The position numbers and the translations under genes were made by a program. Positions 1 through 11,385 of a stretch of 64,000 bases of DNA are shown here, in pieces. Within the stretch, counting starts at the first letter, position 1. Every line of letters begins with the position of its first letter. This stretch comes from Auanema rhodensis (lineage: Eukaryota; Animalia; Nematoda): the NCBI GenBank assembly GCA_964057225.1, contig OZ059899.1, positions 15,624,001 to 15,688,000 of the forward strand, in the 5' to 3' direction. A model generated the notes under the pieces. It had not been told where the DNA came from. It saw nothing but the letters and a program-made list of their open reading frames with translations, and did not search any database.

Positions 1-2602
1 GCAGTTTAAATATTACTAAAATACCTGAACACTATCATAATAATCAACAAAAACCTGAATTATCTATTTTTGTCACCAGAAAAATCAACATTTTGTCAAA
101 CTAGAATGCTTTTAATAGCCTTAGAAATGGGAGACAAGTTATGAAGTAACAGCTTTATTACCATTTTTGAAGAACAATATTTCAGTTTAATGTATTTATA
201 CAAATCAATTGTAGCTTAATACTTTATTGATTTATAAAAGTTTGTCAAAAAAATATTTTTTTTTAATTTCAAGCAGTAAATTTCAAAAGCATTTACACTA
301 CTAACTAGGTATGCATGTTATATTCTATAATTAATTGACTATTTTCTTTCGTTTTAATAGGAATAAAAAGTATTTTTTGTTAATTAATTGATTGTATTTT
401 CTTATATTTCAGTTGCTATAGAGAACGATTACAATCTTTTGATGTGTGTTACCTCTTGGGTAAAGTAAACCATTCATTAACAACGTCAACTAACTTGTAT
501 TACGGGTTTTGAATGTTTGAAAGAAAATTATTTATTTATAAATAATCTCTGTTTGATATCTGATCATCTAATGACAAAATCCTTGAATTTTTTATTGTTC
601 AAAGTGGATGTGGCTATTATCTATTCTGCAAACTATGTTGTTAGGTCCGTCCAATTTTTTTCCTTATCAATCATCCTGATAGCAACTGTGATCTTTAAAG
701 ATGGTGTTTTCCATTCCAAACATGTCTTTATTCACGTGAATAACATACAATATAAACTGAAAAAAACCTATAAAGCATTTATTGACCTGAAGGAAGAGTT
801 CAATCCTACGAAGAACTAGATGATAACGTGTTCTAACCAAATTGCGTCACTATTTCTTCAATTTATTTCTTAATTTCATTATTTGGTATTTGCAAATAAG
901 CAGAATAGACAATTATAAAAGGGCAAAGTATACAAGAAGGTCGTCATTGTCACAACACAATAGCTATTGCTAATGTAACGAGAAAACTGTCTAGATTCAG
1001 ACAGTTTTCTGAAGAGAAGCTCTCACACATTAATTAGGGGAACTTAGAAAAAAAAGTTTATAGTCTATACTATTGAACTAGTAAAATTTGAATTTTTCTG
1101 ATAAACGCGTTGAATTCATTTATGAAACATCGGTTTTCAAAATTTTCTGCCATTCGAAATAGAAAATATGTTTTGAAGATTGTATCCTGATTCTTCCCAG
1201 TTGCTCGGCTTGACTAATATGTCATATTCTTTCAAGTTTTAGATGATTGTTTATGGGAATGATTTTCAAGATATATAAATATATATATGTTGGCATTGTC
1301 CTTTTATTACAAAGATCCTAAATAGATATATATGTTTGTATTATTTATATTATTTAATTATATATTTATAATTTTGTAAAATTGAATATCATTTGGAATA
1401 TCTTCAGTTAGCTGCTTTGCTTTTCAATCACTAAGGTTTTAGTTTTTTGAATGTATTTCTCATCTGTAAAGAACCAGATGGCCATTTTCTTCATTCATTT
1501 TTCTTAACTTTTCGACTAAATATGTATATACATATATCTATTATATTTATTAATATATAAGATTCAATTGGTTTGTCCCCTCTCCCTATCGATAATTAAA
1601 AATCCAAAAAAAAGAAAAAAAGCATGGAAATAAATTTATTTGTTAAAGAATTGTCGTTCTTTCAAAATTTCAACTATTTGCTTAAAAGTTTTCACCTCTT
1701 AACCTATATTTTAGATTACTCTCCATCAAGAGATAAAGGGAACTCAAAATTCAAAAACTTTTCAATCTTCCCTCGATTTTTTAAGATCGTAAATGCTTCG
1801 AGTTTGAGGCTTTAATTGATCTTCCAATCAGAGTTTAGTTGCTCAAAGATTTTCATAAAGAATACAAAACTCTTGATGTTTCAAAGACTTCGTTAATAGA
1901 AATATCTTTCTCAAAATTCAGAAGAAGTTCGAGTTGCATTTGAGCAAAGAAAAAAACAGTCAAAATTATGAATATTTTCTAAAACTAATGAATGAATAGG
2001 GAGCGAATCAATTCTACAACCTAATATCTTCTACCCAATTACATTTAAAAAATCTGTTGGATTTTGATATTCTTATCAGCTTTAATAATTGATTCTCCAA
2101 ATCAAATACTTATATATAGATAATCAAAAGTGATCAGAATGTTACAATCATGTTCTTTGTCTTCTTAGCCCCCACACTCGCATTCTCCCATTATCTTTTC
2201 CCCTTTAGTATCTGAAATTTTTATAAGAAATTCTTTGAATTTAAAAATAAAATTAGTTATCGATATACTGAATTATAATTTTAAAAAAATAAAAAATTAC
2301 AATATCAGAACATATGCGTTTGGAGACAATTGTTCAAAACTAGGTTGATTCTCATCAAATACTTTCCAAATTTTGAATTGTAACATATTTTGGGTTATTA
2401 TGTTCTATTAAATTAGAAAAATAAAGAATAACTACACTTTATTTACAATATAACAAATCATCAAATCACCGCGTCAATATAAAGGGAATTGAGCCAAATA
2501 TTTGCACCACTTAAAGAAGGCTGGAATAAGTTATAGATATGCTTCTATTATTATGACAACAAATCATGTTTTGAATTTTTATGCTAATTTCAACTTAGGA
2601 AG

Positions 2603-5600
2603 TTAGAAGTTCTTAGTAACGCCTAACATATCGCAAGTACTTTTCCAAGGCATTTCACATGTGTTCTCGTAGATTGTTCAAGCAAACTTGATACCTCTTT
2701 CATAGTTTTCTTCAAAACAAAAGTTATTATTAGTATTTGGAAGTTTTCAAACTCACATTGATAGACACTTCTATTACTTTAACTTTGGATCGTCTATTAC
2801 CAATTAAGTGATTGTTAAGGTCAATGGATTTCTCGACTTCTTCAAATTCTCGTAGAGTATCCATAACATTTACATCATCTGAAGTTCATACAAATTACAT
2901 CGAACAGAAATATATCAAAACCTTTGTTTACAGTTAAATCACCCCTAAATTTATCAACATCCAACATATACTCTGTTATCAATCTCGATAAATCGTACGA
3001 TAAATGAAGAATAGTTGCAATTAAATTACAAATAGTCTGAAAATTAATATTATATGAATAAAACAAAATTGAAAATTTACATCATAGCTTCCATCAGAGA
3101 AAAAAGCTGTTTTCAAGTTTGATAAGAACTTGTGATGTATATCCGAAGCAGACTCAATATCGGCTACATTTTCTAACCTAGCCAACATACAAGAATATTG
3201 TACTTGAACCTGAAAACGGAATATACTTTCAAGTTTTCAGCTTAGAACAAACTATTTGGGATGTATACTGTCGCATATGAAACAAAATTCTTGAAAACTT
3301 GTTTACAAGATTGAAGCATATTCTTTCAAAGGTACAAACTTCTAAATACAGAAAAAAATGAAGAGAACTAAGAGCTCGTAATACCTTTCAACTTCTTGTT
3401 TCTGCAACGTGATGATCGAAGCTTTTCGAACGAATCTTTAATTGAACACACAGATAGTTCAATAGACCAAATGAAATGGAACAATAAGTCATAAGTTTCA
3501 TTCGTCTTATTGAAAACTTTGGAAGCTATTCCATGAACATGATATACAGGGTTCAAAGGTTGTACGAATTGAAGCCTCGAAGATGTATTTGGTGAACCAC
3601 CAGTCTAGAAAATAATTATTTATTTATTAAAATGAAACATCACTTACTGATTGCAGAATATCAATCTTAACACAAGTATTTGTTTTGGGACGATAAGGAG
3701 ATTTGGATATAGCCCATACAAACGCAGCAGAAGCATCGCTCTTAGTGATAGAAGTTCGTAAACCTTTAGATGTTTCCCTGAAAAAAAACTTTTGTTCAAT
3801 AAATAAATTGATTAAGGCTTACATGAGCTTATCATATAAAGCACCAGAGAAGAATGGATCTTCAAGCAACAAGAATTGCCTATAATGAAATACATAAATG
3901 GCGTATATATTAGGAAAATATTTACTTTAAGATGTTTAGATGTTCAATTAGACGACCTTCATTTTTCAGACGGTAAATCACAACTTTACCGATTAGTTTA
4001 GACATAGCATTCACAATTTCAGTTAAACGTTCTAGAAAAATAAGTATTTTTTCTATAAAATTTAAATGAAAACCTGGATGAAGGATCATTTCAGGAGATA
4101 ACTCCTTATCGATTGCAGAATGATAATTGTGAAGTTCAGCAATATCGTCACTGGTTACAAAATATTGAGAAACTCCGATTTTATGAATCTGAAAAAAAAG
4201 TTCAGAATAATTTGAATAATTTGAAAAAAAACCTTATCACATAAATCGGGATCCAGAAATTTAGGATAATCAGCAATACGGTAACTGTCATCATCACCTG
4301 TTCGAGTGATCATCCACTAAAATAATGGGTTCAAAATGAAAATACAATGGAATTTTACATCGTCGTTTTCAGCTAGTTCTCCGTTAATCAACCAACGGCG
4401 TAGTGATGAGCAGAAAACACGGAATGCATACGAAACACAGAAATGTATAGTCCTTCAAAGAAACATAACGTGTTAATTATATAATAGCAAATCCAACTTT
4501 TCATGCTTGGTAAATAAGGAAGAATGAAGAAATGCAAAAGAGTTATTCAAAATTTCAATTGAGCTGCTTCCCTAAAGGATAACATTAAATTATATTACTG
4601 GATGTGCAATAATAAAACCTTTGCTATGTCTGCCAATGTCTGAAGAGCTGCTAGATATTGCCCCCAAGGAGCACAGTCCAAAGACATTTTGATAAGCAGC
4701 AAATGAGTAGGTGACTAGGATACATTCATTACAACATAATTTTTCAAAACAAAATGAAAATACCTTAAGACTTATGTCACATACTGCTGTAGCATATTCA
4801 TCTAATTTTTGAGAGATGCCGTACAGGAGAGCCTAAATGGGGGAAGAGATGTCAAAATATAACTTTGAATTACAGTACCGAAGAGACCGTTTCATCGTCA
4901 GTGTTCTGAACACAACGTTTCAATTCTATATAAGTATTGCCTAATGTTAGTAAGTCATGGACCAGCTGACGATGTGACTAAAATCAAAATAAGAACATAG
5001 GAAATCAAAAAAAAATTTACATCTGCTATTGCACAAGTCAACGAAATCACCAAATTTCCCCTGCCATCATCTACAAAATATTTTCCGGTGATCCCATGTA
5101 AAGCACCTCGCAGCTCTTTACATAATTCATCGAGAGGAACATCTAAAACATCAAAAAATCACACATACAAATCCAACAACGGAACTCACAAGCTGGATGA
5201 CCAGATATAGTGATTTTAGTACTGGAAGGAATTACAGGAGTGTATGATGGAGCTGGTTCTCGATATGAAGACATGGATGTCTGTTTGACAGGATCGGTTT
5301 TAGGAATTCGTTCCCTATCAGAGTTACTATTTAAAGGAGTCGAGAAGAAACTATTTCCTTTAGGATGCACATTACTAAATTTGTGTTTGATGTTATATCA
5401 ATCATCTTACGCTATTCGTTACCTTCTCTCATACAATGGATTGATGATTGAGCTTTGTTTTTCTACAGAATTACGTGTTACTGGGTAGTTTTCAGCTCCT
5501 ATATTAGATTATTAAGAGAATACAATAAACATTATATTTACCTTTTCCTGAAAGAGTTGAATGAGATCTAAGATTCGATCGGGATCTTGAACGATATACT

Positions 5601-6287
5601 GGAGTTCCATTAGATTGTAGTAAAGGAGAGGGTGAACAAATTTCTAATAAAGTGTCAATTATAACATTACCCTGGATAATATCCAAACCTTCCTTAATTT
5701 TATCTCTGATTGGATCACGACTAGCTGATCTTCTCAAAAACGGGGAACTAGATCCCGGTGCTGAATACAAGGAACCGAGAATAAGTATTAAAATGAAATA
5801 TGAGCTTACCAACCGGTGTAGATGAATTTGGATCAGAAATCTCTTGTTTACAACGATATACATGATTCTCAAAACAATAATGAAGCCTAATGACCAAGAT
5901 AAATCGATTACCTTTCTACAGGCAAATAAAAAAGAAGCATGTGAATCAGGCCTTTTTAGATCTGAACTCCTTAGATATTCTACTTCTGTTAATACAGTTC
6001 TATATGGCGCAGCATTGACTTTTCTTACTTAAAGCATACAATTTAGTCTCTACTCCGATTTATCTACTTTACATTTAGCAATACCGCTATTAACAACTGC
6101 CCGATCTTGTTCTCGTGTATCTTCTGCCCTTGGAGGGAAAATCTGACTGGCTATTTCAGCTTCACTCACTACAAGTGATGTTTCACATATCAGAATTACT
6201 CCGAATATTTTTCATACCTCGTGGAATATCAAAGGCATTTTTTAGTAACAGAGCTGCTGATAATTGTTTTTCTCTCAAATCTGACAT
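2603..6287 (-). CDS. gip-1: Gamma-tubulin complex component, most like GCP3/TUBGCP3 (C. elegans GIP-1); multi-exon
   Basis: Hand-spliced through many ~43-50-nt GT-AG introns. ATG at 6287 follows a ttttgtag acceptor: MSDLREKQLSAALLLKNAFDIPR...EYLRSSDLKRPDSHASFLFACRK. An S/P/R-rich linker follows. Then GRIP-like segments: ELRGALHGITGKYF, SLRRWLINGEL, LIEHLNILK/QFLLLEDPFFSGALYDKL, YDLLFHFIWSIE. Last exon KTMKEV...VTKNF* with TAA at 2605-2603. The GCP family call is fairly secure; GCP3 versus GCP2 rests on recalled N-terminal similarity. Confidence 0.82.
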
Positions 6288-6403
6288 CTACAAAACTATG
6301 GATGCTGATATTAGCAGTTTGAATTTCTTTGGAAATTAGAGTTAAATATTGCTTGAACGTAACAATTTTGTAGAAGAAAAACAATTGTGCACAGGGGTTT
6401 ATT
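6288..6403 (-). promoter_or_regulatory. Intercistronic region of a probable phf-5 -> gip-1 operon (poly(A) signal and trans-splice acceptor)
   Basis: Minus-strand AATAAA at 6403-6398 lies after the phf-5 stop. A ttttgtag acceptor at 6295-6288 sits directly before the gip-1 ATG. The ~110-nt spacing matches SL2-type nematode operons. Confidence 0.72.
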
Positions 6404-6568
6404 CAATAACAGTCTTAGTACAAGGTAGATCCGTCAACATAAAGAAGGTATTGGGAGATACAAAAATATTAACAAAAGGAAACAATAAGATCAAACCCAG
6501 GAATACAGAAAACCGAATAACGTGATAAGAAACCGCAAAATGCGACTTCCCATATTCCTTGGCTACAG

Positions 6569-7035
6569 CTAACTCTTTTTCCCACCAAACTTTTTCCTTT
6601 CGTAAAATAAGTCCGTTTTAGCGCTTCCCAAGTTAACAATTTTCGGACAGCCATCTCGATCCTTAAAGAAAAAAATATCTCACTAAAATTGTGTTTCCCG
6701 GTAAATACCTTTTCCATTATAGTACACTCTTTACAATAGTAAGCATCACTGATGCCTGGACCTCCACAGATCACACAACGACCCTGAAATAAGCTATTAG
6801 AAATACCTTTGACCTTTTAATCGTACCTGATAAGATCCATAATTGCATTCATCGCAAATTCTGACAAGAGAACATGGCCTAACATAGGAATCACAAATAA
6901 CACAACGTCCATCACCTAAAACAAGAGAAGTATGAAGCTTTTCTGAGATATGAACTCACATTTATCACACAATCTTCCAATAGCCACCCCCGGCTGCTTT
7001 CGACAAAATATCAAGTCTGGATGGTGCTTAGCCAT
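6569..7035 (-). CDS. phf-5: PHD finger-like protein 5A (SF3b subunit PHF5A/Rds3), 110 aa
   Basis: Exons 7035-6960, 6915-6827, 6783-6709 and 6661-6569 (333 nt). They give [110 protein letters not shown], the near-invariant PHF5A sequence. Confidence 0.98.
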
Positions 7036-7041
7036 CTGAAA
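7036..7041 (-). promoter_or_regulatory. Trans-splice acceptor of phf-5
   Basis: TTTCAG immediately precedes the ATG at 7035. Confidence 0.7.
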
Positions 7042-7509
7042 TAAAAATTTAGTTAATTATTACAAAGAAAACTATAAAAATATATATCAGTATAGTAAAA
7101 TATGCTTCTTAGAGCACCACAAATAAAACAATTTTTCGAAAAATTGGTGCTGGAGCGGCATTCGCATTGGAGCGCAAAATACATTCATTGTTTGGACGAT
7201 ACATTATATTCAAAAAAAAATTTTGTTTGAAAAAGATACTGTAATAAATAAGAACTACTTGAGTTTTAAGTCCCAAGTTTGATCGAATAATACTAAATGA
7301 AATGAAGATAACATATATAACGTTGAATTACCTAAGGCTAATAATGCTTAAACCAAAAACATGTTCTTCAAAATTTGAATAAGGTTGATGAGGTGGATCA
7401 TGTACCATAATGCAATATTTTCTTCCTTATATATTTGAGATTGTAGATAATTATTTTTTAAATAAAAAATCTATACTGTATATATTTGATTTGACAATCA
7501 ATAGTATTG

Positions 7510-7524
7510 GTTGCCCTTGGCAAC
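7510..7524 (+). promoter_or_regulatory. X-box (RFX/DAF-19 binding site) for tmem-17
   Basis: GTTGCC-CTT-GGCAAC, two perfect inverted RFX half-sites ending ~41 nt upstream of the tmem-17 ATG, a typical position for nematode ciliary genes. Confidence 0.85.
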
Positions 7525-7565
7525 AGCTAAAACCCTAAAAGGGTTCTAGCTTAGCTTGTTCAAAA

Positions 7566-9015
7566 ATGGAGGAATCCAATAAAAATGACAAACCAGGAAG
7601 CTTTGAAAGAACGGGTATGTTGTTGAATTACTACTTATTTTGTTTTATGTTTACATTTTTTCTCCTAATATTTTCAGAGGTGTTGTCAAGCCTGCCATTA
7701 CAAATGTCTCTATTTTACAATGCTTACTTTTTACCTGCATTCTTAGGTATTGGATTATTTTCATTTGGGTTAAAAGTGAGAATAACATTTAATATAAGTA
7801 TTTTTCTAATTAAAACATGTTCCAGTTCAAATATTTATCAACAATTTATCAAGTTGTTCTTATTGCAATATATATAGTTTATTATATTGTTGAAGTAGTT
7901 AGGCTATTCTTAGGATACTATGGAAATTTAGGAGGAAAGGTTTGTTGAATTACATTTCATAACATTAAAAATGGTATTGAATCAATAATCAATAACAAAA
8001 CCATTTTAAAATTACAAACAGCTTTTTGCATTTGTTCATACTTCATTTGAACCCTGGTTGTGGCTTACACCTTTGTACTATTTATCCTGATGATTTCTTG
8101 ATATTTTCTCTTGATCAGTCAACCCGGCTTGCTAACTATAGCCCTTGAAGAAACCGATCAGATAAATCCTTGTGATTGAAACCTAGGTCACACGTCCCGT
8201 CTCAGTTTATGAGCAACCCCGACGAGCCGTGTGAGAACGTAACAAGTTGACCTAATATCTTTTTTTAAACCATCAAAGCTAGATGACTTTTGATGATATC
8301 GGAAATTTCATCAATCATAACCGTAAAATAAGCAGTAAATTTAAAAATAAAATATTCCTTTTGTAGGAAGAGGAAATGTGAGTATTAAGAGAGAAGAGCA
8401 GTACAACCGTTCACTTGAATTTGAATGACAGAAATGAATTTACGTGAAATTCACTTGAAACAAATGTACATATTTCTCGAAAAATCTAGAAACACAAAAC
8501 AAAGTTATTGACAGAATAAAGCAAAACTGCTTATTAATCAATATAAAATACATTTGAACAGCTTGGTTCCAATGTACAAAAGCTAAAAAAAAACAATTGA
8601 TTACCAAACTTCGCCTTTTCGTTTCATTAAATTTTTGTTATCAACATTTAATGTCCTTTCTGTTCAGATACCTGCCCTGTCGGGATTCTGGATCACTTCG
8701 CTCATTTTACAATTGCCCATTTCATTGTTTCTTCAAATCAACTCATCTATCATACCGTTACCAGTGGAAAGAGCCATTTACGGCATTCATTCAATATTTC
8801 TTTTTAGTCAGGTAAGCAGTCGATATGAGAAACATCATCTTGACTTGTGACTGACGTCGTATCTACTGATGCCACCACGACGGCTATTTTAACGTCAGGT
8901 GCTATCTTGACTTCAAATAATTTTTCAGTTTCAGTTGCTTTATGGAGTAGACGTGATAAGACGAATATCTAATCGACAGATTCAGCTATTGAAAAAGCTA
9001 TTAGAAGACGAATAA
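7566..9015 (+). CDS. tmem-17: Transmembrane protein 17 (TMEM17; ciliary transition-zone MKS module)
   Basis: Exons 7566-7614, 7678-7775, 7826-7939, 8668-8811 and 8929(or 8935)-9015. Motifs VLSSLPLQMSLFYN, EVVRLFLGYYGNL and IPALSGFWITSLILQLP..LPVERAI are typical of TMEM17. An upstream X-box supports a ciliary gene. Confidence 0.93.
8081..8266. ncRNA. Candidate structured intronic ncRNA of unknown class within tmem-17 intron 3
   Basis: GC-richer island in an AT-rich intron with several nested helices: 8081-8099/8148-8166, 8184-8190/8248-8254, 8188-8194/8228-8234, 8196-8201/8221-8226 and small hairpins. On + it is followed by a T7 run at 8260-8266. No family recognised. Confidence 0.4.
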
Positions 9016-9647
9016 GACGAATGAAACAATATAATTGTGTATTTACAAATTTATTAAAGCAAATAAATAAAAAAATACCCCAGAAACTGAAGGTAACACA
9101 GATTGGAAACAGATTATGCAAAAAGGCAATATTGATGCAGGCAAGTAAGAACTGCTATACCTCGCATTCCAAATCTCAAACAATAACTCTATTATTAGTA
9201 ATAAAAACAAATATAATTATCAAAAGAAATTATGCTAATTGCAAAAGTATTGCGATGTGATAATGGTTTGAGAATCTAAGCGATTCATAAGTAGGAAAGA
9301 TCCAAACGTATATCAAGATGTGGGCATTGTGGATGATAGATGATATATAACTATATAGGGTATACAATATGAAAAAGACGTGACCGCTCACATAAAAACA
9401 TGTGAAAAGGGTAAAACTATGAGAACATGCCAAAATATGAGGCAAATTAAGATATTTAATCCAATGGAATGAGATAACTAAGATAACTGAAAAGCATAAT
9501 CGCTGAGACGGAGGATACAAATGAGAATATAACCGTTTGAAGCCACGCGAACAAGTGAATAGAAAGGAGATAGAGAGGCCTGATCGACGTAGAAGGAATA
9601 AAAATATACAAACTTAATACTATGAAAGTTAAAAATTTACAATAACA

Positions 9648-11354
9648 TTATTGAGCCGCACTGGCACATTGTTTCCTTTGGAATAGAAAAGATGCGATAG
9701 CATCTACAGATTTCCTTTTCCTCTGCAAGAAAAGCCCCATTACTTAAACGCTATTGACAGTTGCATGACTTACCGAGAATTTATTGGAATCTCCTGGTGG
9801 ACTGCTTTCTTTCGAAGAATCGCTAGGGACTGGGGAGGAATCCGTCACCTACAAAATAATTCAAGATAAAAACAGGCTACTTGCTTTCAGAAACTTACGT
9901 CTTCTCCGGAACCGATGCCTGATTCGGGGCCACTGGATGTCTCCTCAGGCTCCGTCTTGACATTAAGCTCATATTTTATAGTATTATTATTATTATTATT
10001 ATTATTAGAGGCAAATAAGGACTCTAGTGGTGATGAAGCAGGAGATTCTTCCTAAACAAGCAAATTAATCAAATGCGATGAAATTTGTTGACTTACTTGT
10101 TTGATTCCGGGTAATAAGGAGAAAAGAGGAAGAAGATTAGGATTATTGAGCAAAAAGTTCTGGAGCCACTCATTTCCAAGACTTGGAGTTAAAGCAGAGG
10201 TAGCTGATGAGATGTTGGCAGAGGCGGCTTGTTGTTGATTAACCATTTGCTTGAGTAAAAGCTGAGCAACATTTGTGGCTTCCACTTTCTTCTTCGGTTG
10301 TTTCGCTGGGGGAGGGCTACTGAAGGTGTTACTTCTATTGATTAAAGATGCACCATCTTCGGTTTTCAATTCAGCTTGAGCAAGAGACCCTGCAAAGATA
10401 AGGAATTGTAAGCTTCGAGAAAGTAAAAAAGAAATAAAAGTGTAAAAGCCAAATGAACTTACCGGGAGCACGATTACTGATGGCAATTGCGCGGGCATCA
10501 CCTGGCTGTCCAGTTCGTAGCATACTGAAAAGATAAGTTTGTTAAGAACGTTCGGAAAGAACAATGCTGTTCGCTGAAAAGAATGACCTCAGTCGGGTAA
10601 TCTTAACCAGTCAATCAATTGCCGATAATACATATTTGCAATGTTGGGGATCGTAACGAAAGTGAATGTTCTAACCTGTTATTGTGAGCATGAAGCTCTT
10701 TCTTGTCTGGGAAAGTCCAGTTACAGCATCCGCAAGTAAAAACACGTGTGATCTGGTGATTTACAGCCATATGGCGACGAACTGTCTCGTGTGCTGAAAC
10801 AAAAGCTTTTAGCAGTTTCAAATTTCCACTAAATCAATCGACAGGCAGTTGAGTTCAAACGAGGGAAAGAGAACAGAAATCGCACTGCATACAAAGCTTA
10901 CAGGAAAATTAGAGATAGAAATTTAGTAGAAGAAGACGAATGACATAGGCAAATGAAAATGAGTGTGAAGTAGATGACAACATAATATATAAATATACCA
11001 TATTGAGCAAATCAATCGGCTTTTCATATAAAATGCTTTATAAAAACTATATCATCTCACTACAAACTGTTTTTCATTCATATTTATAAGTTTTGATAGA
11101 GGTAAAACACTACTTACCAGCAATTTTAACGTTGCAAAGTTGACACTGTTGATCATCCCCATGGAAATTCAGACGATGACGATTCAATGAAGCTGCATGG
11201 CAAAATGTTTTTCCACAATGTCCGCATAAAAATTCACCTGCAAATCAGAACTGTTATATGATACATACAATAGAATGGAAAGAATTGCAAACAAACAAGT
11301 AAACAAACCTTTAAGGTCGGGCCTCTTAAGCTCAGCTTCTGGTCTATAAGGCAT
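9648..11354 (-). CDS. HAM-2-like C2H2 zinc-finger transcription factor (3 N-terminal fingers)
   Basis: Exons 11354-11309, 11237-11118, 10793-10676, 10524-10463, 10389-10097, 10051-9899, 9848-9774 and 9722-9648. Protein: MPYRPEAELKRPDLKGEFLCGHCGKTFCHAASLNRHRLNFHGDDQQCQLCNVKIAAHETVRRHMAVNHQITRVFTCGCCNWTFPDKKELHAHN...RKRKSVDAIASFLFQRKQCASAAQ*. The MPY.PE.ELKRPDLKG start and CxCCNWxFPDK finger recall C. elegans HAM-2 and its paralogues; exact orthology is unresolved. Confidence 0.9.
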
Positions 11355-11379
11355 TGCTTTCTAGAGGTCTTTAAAATCA

Positions 11380-11385
11380 CTGAAA
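11380..11385 (-). promoter_or_regulatory. Trans-splice or 5'UTR acceptor of the zinc-finger gene
   Basis: TTTCAG lies 25 nt before ATG 11354. An in-frame TAG sits between them, so 11354 is the first usable ATG for transcripts using this acceptor. Confidence 0.6.

Noticed and set aside
400-1975. Exon-like fragments (411-459, ~790-835, ~1900-1970 ending SKL*)
   Set aside because: They could not be joined into a consistent frame or recognisable protein, though a divergent gene cannot be excluded.
7262-7282. SL1-like sequence (CCCAAGTTTGA)
   Set aside because: Only 11 nt match, with no splice donor, stem-loops or Sm site, so it is not an SL RNA gene.
7940-8667. Intron-hosted telomerase RNA, hammerhead ribozyme or U17 snoRNA
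   Set aside because: No 1.5x TTAGGC template on either strand. CTGATGA...GAAA lacks proper hammerhead stems. The U17-like motifs are in the wrong order.
9730-9742. AATGGGGCTT (minus) resembling RNase MRP CR-V
   Set aside because: It lies in a 51-nt intron next to the acceptor, with no partner GAAAGTCCCC.
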